Source: the human T2T-CHM13v2.0 reference genome, Homo sapiens. From it: DNA of 64,000 nt. The translations under genes were made by a program, and so were the position numbers. Shown in pieces: positions 60,141-64,000 of the stretch. The first letter of the stretch is position 1; every line of letters begins with the position of its first letter. The stretch lies in assembly GCF_009914755.1 (NCBI RefSeq), contig NC_060933.1, one strand, 5' to 3'. The notes under the pieces were generated by a model, which ran no database searches, was not told the origin of the DNA, and worked only from the letters and a program-made list of their open reading frames with translations.

Positions 60141-61943
60141 CTGTTCATATGTTTCCTTTCATTTTGTCTTCAAAATGTGGCCCCTTGGAAACTTTCCTAG
60201 GAATTGGACCTCTGAGCCTACAGTGGCTTAATGCACACTTTTGGGAAAGGATAGCCATGAGGCCTCCAAGTGGTTTTGATCAAGTTTGCCAATATTTACA
60301 CCCTAGAATGATCTGCATAAACTTCATAAATAATGTAAATTCCTACAAAGTGAGTAAACAGTGAGCTACATGGTCTTTTGAAAAATCCGTGTTATGCAAT
60401 CACCCTGGCAAAGTTAACAACGCAATAGAGTGTTGAAGGTAACCACTGATTGCAGTCACTGCTATTGACCATTTTAAGTGTGACTATTTTTAAAATACTG
60501 TATGCCTCATTAAGCTGGGCTCTGAAAATGAGGAATTTGCTTTAACTGCATTGTTTTGAATTGCTGAGAGAAGAATCTATCAACCACAAGGTGCCCTGCT
60601 GCTGAACTCAGCCAAAAAGCTGTTAATAACTCCAGCAGATGTTTCAGCTTTTTAGGCCAATAGACTCCCTCTCTCCCTGCCCTCCCCTTTCCAGAATCTG
60701 ATGCCAATATGACTGAACTCCAGTTTTTGTGGTTGTTGTCGCCACCGCCGCCGCTGCTAGGGCTGGTGATACAGTGCCGCTGAGGAATGATCCTTTAAAC
60801 AACCACTGGCCACAGAACCTCAGCCCTCTAAGGTCAGAATATTATTGCTTTTACCATCAGAAGTTTAAATCTTCAGGGGGAAAATGAAGGTAAGGGCACA
60901 AATTCAGTGTCTTTGTTTTGTTGTCTGCCTTCATTGCTAGTCATTTTGTTTAGCTTTCTGTGGCTTCTCCCAATGCTACAAGTCCATTTCTCAGACTCAT
61001 CAGAGTGCTGAGCTTGCTCAGGTTAAGGGTCATTAATACACTGGAGGCCTTACTGATCTGGGAGAGAGGTTCTTGGGTTAGCAGCTTTACAAAGGGGGCC
61101 TCTGTGTGATGCAAAGTTTTGTGTGGTTGTATGCCTGATACTGTGTGGTTCAGATGCCCTGACCTCAGCAGTTCTGCAATATTAGATGTGTGTTTTATAA
61201 ATATAGCTACATCCCTGTGAGACAGGTAGCGTATGAGGGCACACAGGGTCACCACAGTCCCATACCAGGATTTATCAACATCTCTGAACTGGGATAAACC
61301 TGACATTGTCACTTGAAATTACATCTACTTTCCAAGGCTTTCCAAATGAGAAGACATTAGAAATAAAGGGAGAGGAGAGATCCTGCCCCCTTCCCTGACA
61401 CTCCCTGCCCTGCCTCCTACTCAATTATTTTGGAGAGAGTGCTTTAACATACCCTGGTGACAACAGGGTGACCAAGAAAACACAGGTGCACCGCATTAGG
61501 CAATGCTGTGTTGGCTAGGAACACATCTGAACTGCACATCTATACATATCATCATGCAGAGAATTGCCATTTCAAGGGCGGGAAAATGAGAGGCAGAATT
61601 AAGTTCATAAATATTTTGTTTCCTTATTTTGATGCAACACAAAGCCAGAATATCCAGGACTCTGTGGACCTCTATTGTCAGCTTCAACATTTGCCAACCA
61701 TAGTAATTCAACCCCCAAATCTCTGCTGTATGCCATACTGGCTGTAAAAAGTAAGTGCCTTTTCCCTGGTGTCACTGCCACCATACTGTTTGCATGCTCT
61801 CAGCCCTGTATAATTCTAATTCTCAGGAAAAGCTCAGGAGTACAATGCAAGTCCCGCCGCCCTGCCACTTTCTTTAACCTGGATAAAGAAATAGATTACG
61901 TTGTGACTTGGTCCACATTCTCTTAAGTACATGTGCAGGGAAC

Positions 61944-61977
61944 TCATTAATGCTAATGGAATTAGCGCATATGCATT
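61944..61977. promoter_or_regulatory. Homeodomain P3 / POU motif cluster (candidate enhancer core)
   Basis: ATGCTAAT at 61950-61957, TAATGGAATTA at 61954-61964, GCATATGCAT at 61967-61976, in repeat-poor sequence. Confidence 0.3.
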
Positions 61978-64000
61978 GAAGGGAAAATATAGTTGCCCAT
62001 GGCTGTGTATTCTTATTTTCTTACTGTACACTTGCGGGTTCTGTGGCATCTATAGCTTCTAATTCTGAAACATGAGTAAATCAGATTAAAAAGTATACCA
62101 TTCATTTTAAAATACAGTGTTCCCACTAGCAAATGGGATGGGCATTTCTGCTTAGATTACTATGATTCCAAGAAGCCAATACCAGATGATGACTGTTTAG
62201 TAAAATAAACAACCAATGTTGTAATAATAAAATAGGGTTAAAAATAAAAACAGCAAAAACTCCCTACTGAATCAGTAGAAAATATATTCTCATTATTTAA
62301 AAAATACCTACTAAATAACACATATGCATGTCCAGAGGAGTAAAAACACAAGATGAAGGGGAAAAAAAGAACTGAAAGTAATCATGGGTAATCTGAGACT
62401 CCAGGCCTGCCAGCAGTGAATATTGGTGATAGGCATTAACAAACTATGTGGGGATGTCTGAGGCCCAGCTAAACCCAGACCATGTACTTCATTAGGTCTT
62501 GAATTTACCTGGAATCTTGTACTGCAAATGAGGATTTCCAAACTGTTTTGTTCTTGATTATTTCCAGTCCAAGTAAAATGGACAACAAAGAAAAGATGCT
62601 TCCATACTGTTTCCATGATGGATGTTCACAACCAAAATAACTTCACCATCTGATGTATTTCACAGTTTTAAGTTAAAACAGACATACTATAATATGCTTG
62701 TACATCTGGCTCAGGTGCTTCATTTGCCATATGTTTGTGAAATAATCCAAGGAGATGTTACAATTGTACGTTCCCCTTGGGACTTGAAGAAAATGTGCCC
62801 ACAAACAGTTACCTAATTATTCATTCCTGCCAACAACATCCTCTCCTAATAAGAAGGTGGTTCTTAAAATGAGACAATAGTGCTTTCAGTCTTGAGAGTT
62901 GTCATTGCCACTTATTGTTTCATAAACAGAAAGTCTTATGTATTTTTTAAAATAAGAAAAAGATCTTTGGCCTTAAAGCAAATAAAATACTCTGCAGGCA
63001 GTATATTTGGTATTCTTATGGGGGCACATTCTGCAGCACTGATCAAGGCCTATTTTTTCCTGAAACTCATTGAATTAAAGCCCATGAAGCCACATAGAAA
63101 TTAGTGACCTAAAAGTTGATAGTCTCTAAGAAATGGCTGCTGTGGCAATACTACACATTTATGGAGAACTTTGTAATCGGCAAATTGCTTTCATATATGT
63201 TACCACATTTAATTCTTATAACAATTTTGTGAAGCAGGTAAAAAAAAGGAATCCCTTGTTTAATCGTGCCATTTGTAGTACTGATTCTTCACAGCACTAA
63301 TAAGCAAAAATATGAACATCTTTTTTAAAAAAATTGTAAATTGTAAATTACTTTGGTCTTGACCAATAAATACCAGTTGCCATAGCACACATTTCTCTAA
63401 GAGTCATTGACAATCTGCCTTTTTCCCTCTTTTCCTGTTATTTGCATCCTTCTAAACTATGACTTCTTCTGATTCTGTTTTAATTAAAAATTTGATTTTC
63501 TTTTAAGGATTAAAAAGTAGAGGGATAATTAGTTTATTGGTTAAAATACAAGCTAACCATCAAAATTCAAATTTTAATGAGGCCCTAAGCCAGGATAGAA
63601 GTCAAATGCATAAAGCATCTTCTAGGCCTAGCTTCATCCATTATTAAATCAATTTGAAAAACTGTGGCAATGATGAAGTTATCAGCTAATAAACCTCCAA
63701 TAGTGTGTTAATTGTATACTGACTGAAGTAACAAATTACTTGGGGGTTGAATTTTCACAGGGACTGAAACAAAAGACCTTAAATAGGCAGATTAAGTTAG
63801 AGGTTCTTTTCCCCCTGAAAAACAAACCTCAGTGTCAAACAGGAAACAAAGGATGAGAGACAGAGGGTAAGAGATTTGCCTCAGGTTACCCAGCTTGCAA
63901 ATGGGAGTCCATGCCAAATCATCTCCCTCCACAGCACTGGGTAACAACAGCAACTATTAAATTCAAATGATCTCTTAGCTTTTCTAGTAAATCCTAACAT

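Noticed and set aside
59969-60364. 131-aa + strand ORF
   Set aside because: Starts in an antisense MIR; no protein similarity recognised
60950-61312. 120-aa minus-strand ORF
   Set aside because: No recognisable domain, non-ATG start, no convincing splice context

Overview
Primate genomic DNA, almost certainly human (a very young AluYa-type insertion is present). It is AT-rich, CpG-poor and non-coding; no intact protein-coding exon could be supported. The window is mostly interspersed repeats: a 5.7-kb L1PA5-like LINE-1 with target-site duplications (TSDs), a 2.3-kb L1MA inside a MER63 DNA transposon, short L1PA 3' ends, eight Alus, a THE1 MaLR provirus and several solo LTRs (THE1, MSTB, MLT1, MLT2, LTR33), MER3/MER5/MER58, and many L2/MIR relics. 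Two fossils are missed by the ORF track: a full-length, heavily diverged processed pseudogene of RPSA (minus strand, ~57.8-59.1 kb, AluSp in its 3'UTR) and a ~2.3-kb remnant of an ancient RTE-X (L4-like) LINE (~38.8-41.1 kb). Other points of interest: the L1 5' breakpoint falls inside ORF0, keeping the antisense promoter and making an ORF0-flank chimeric ORF; a 72-bp perfect AT-rich palindrome; two inverted L1PA5 3' ends sharing apparent non-consensus variants; and a few compact TF-motif clusters. I found no convincing novel multi-gene system. Repeat subfamily names come from recalled consensus sequences, not a database run.
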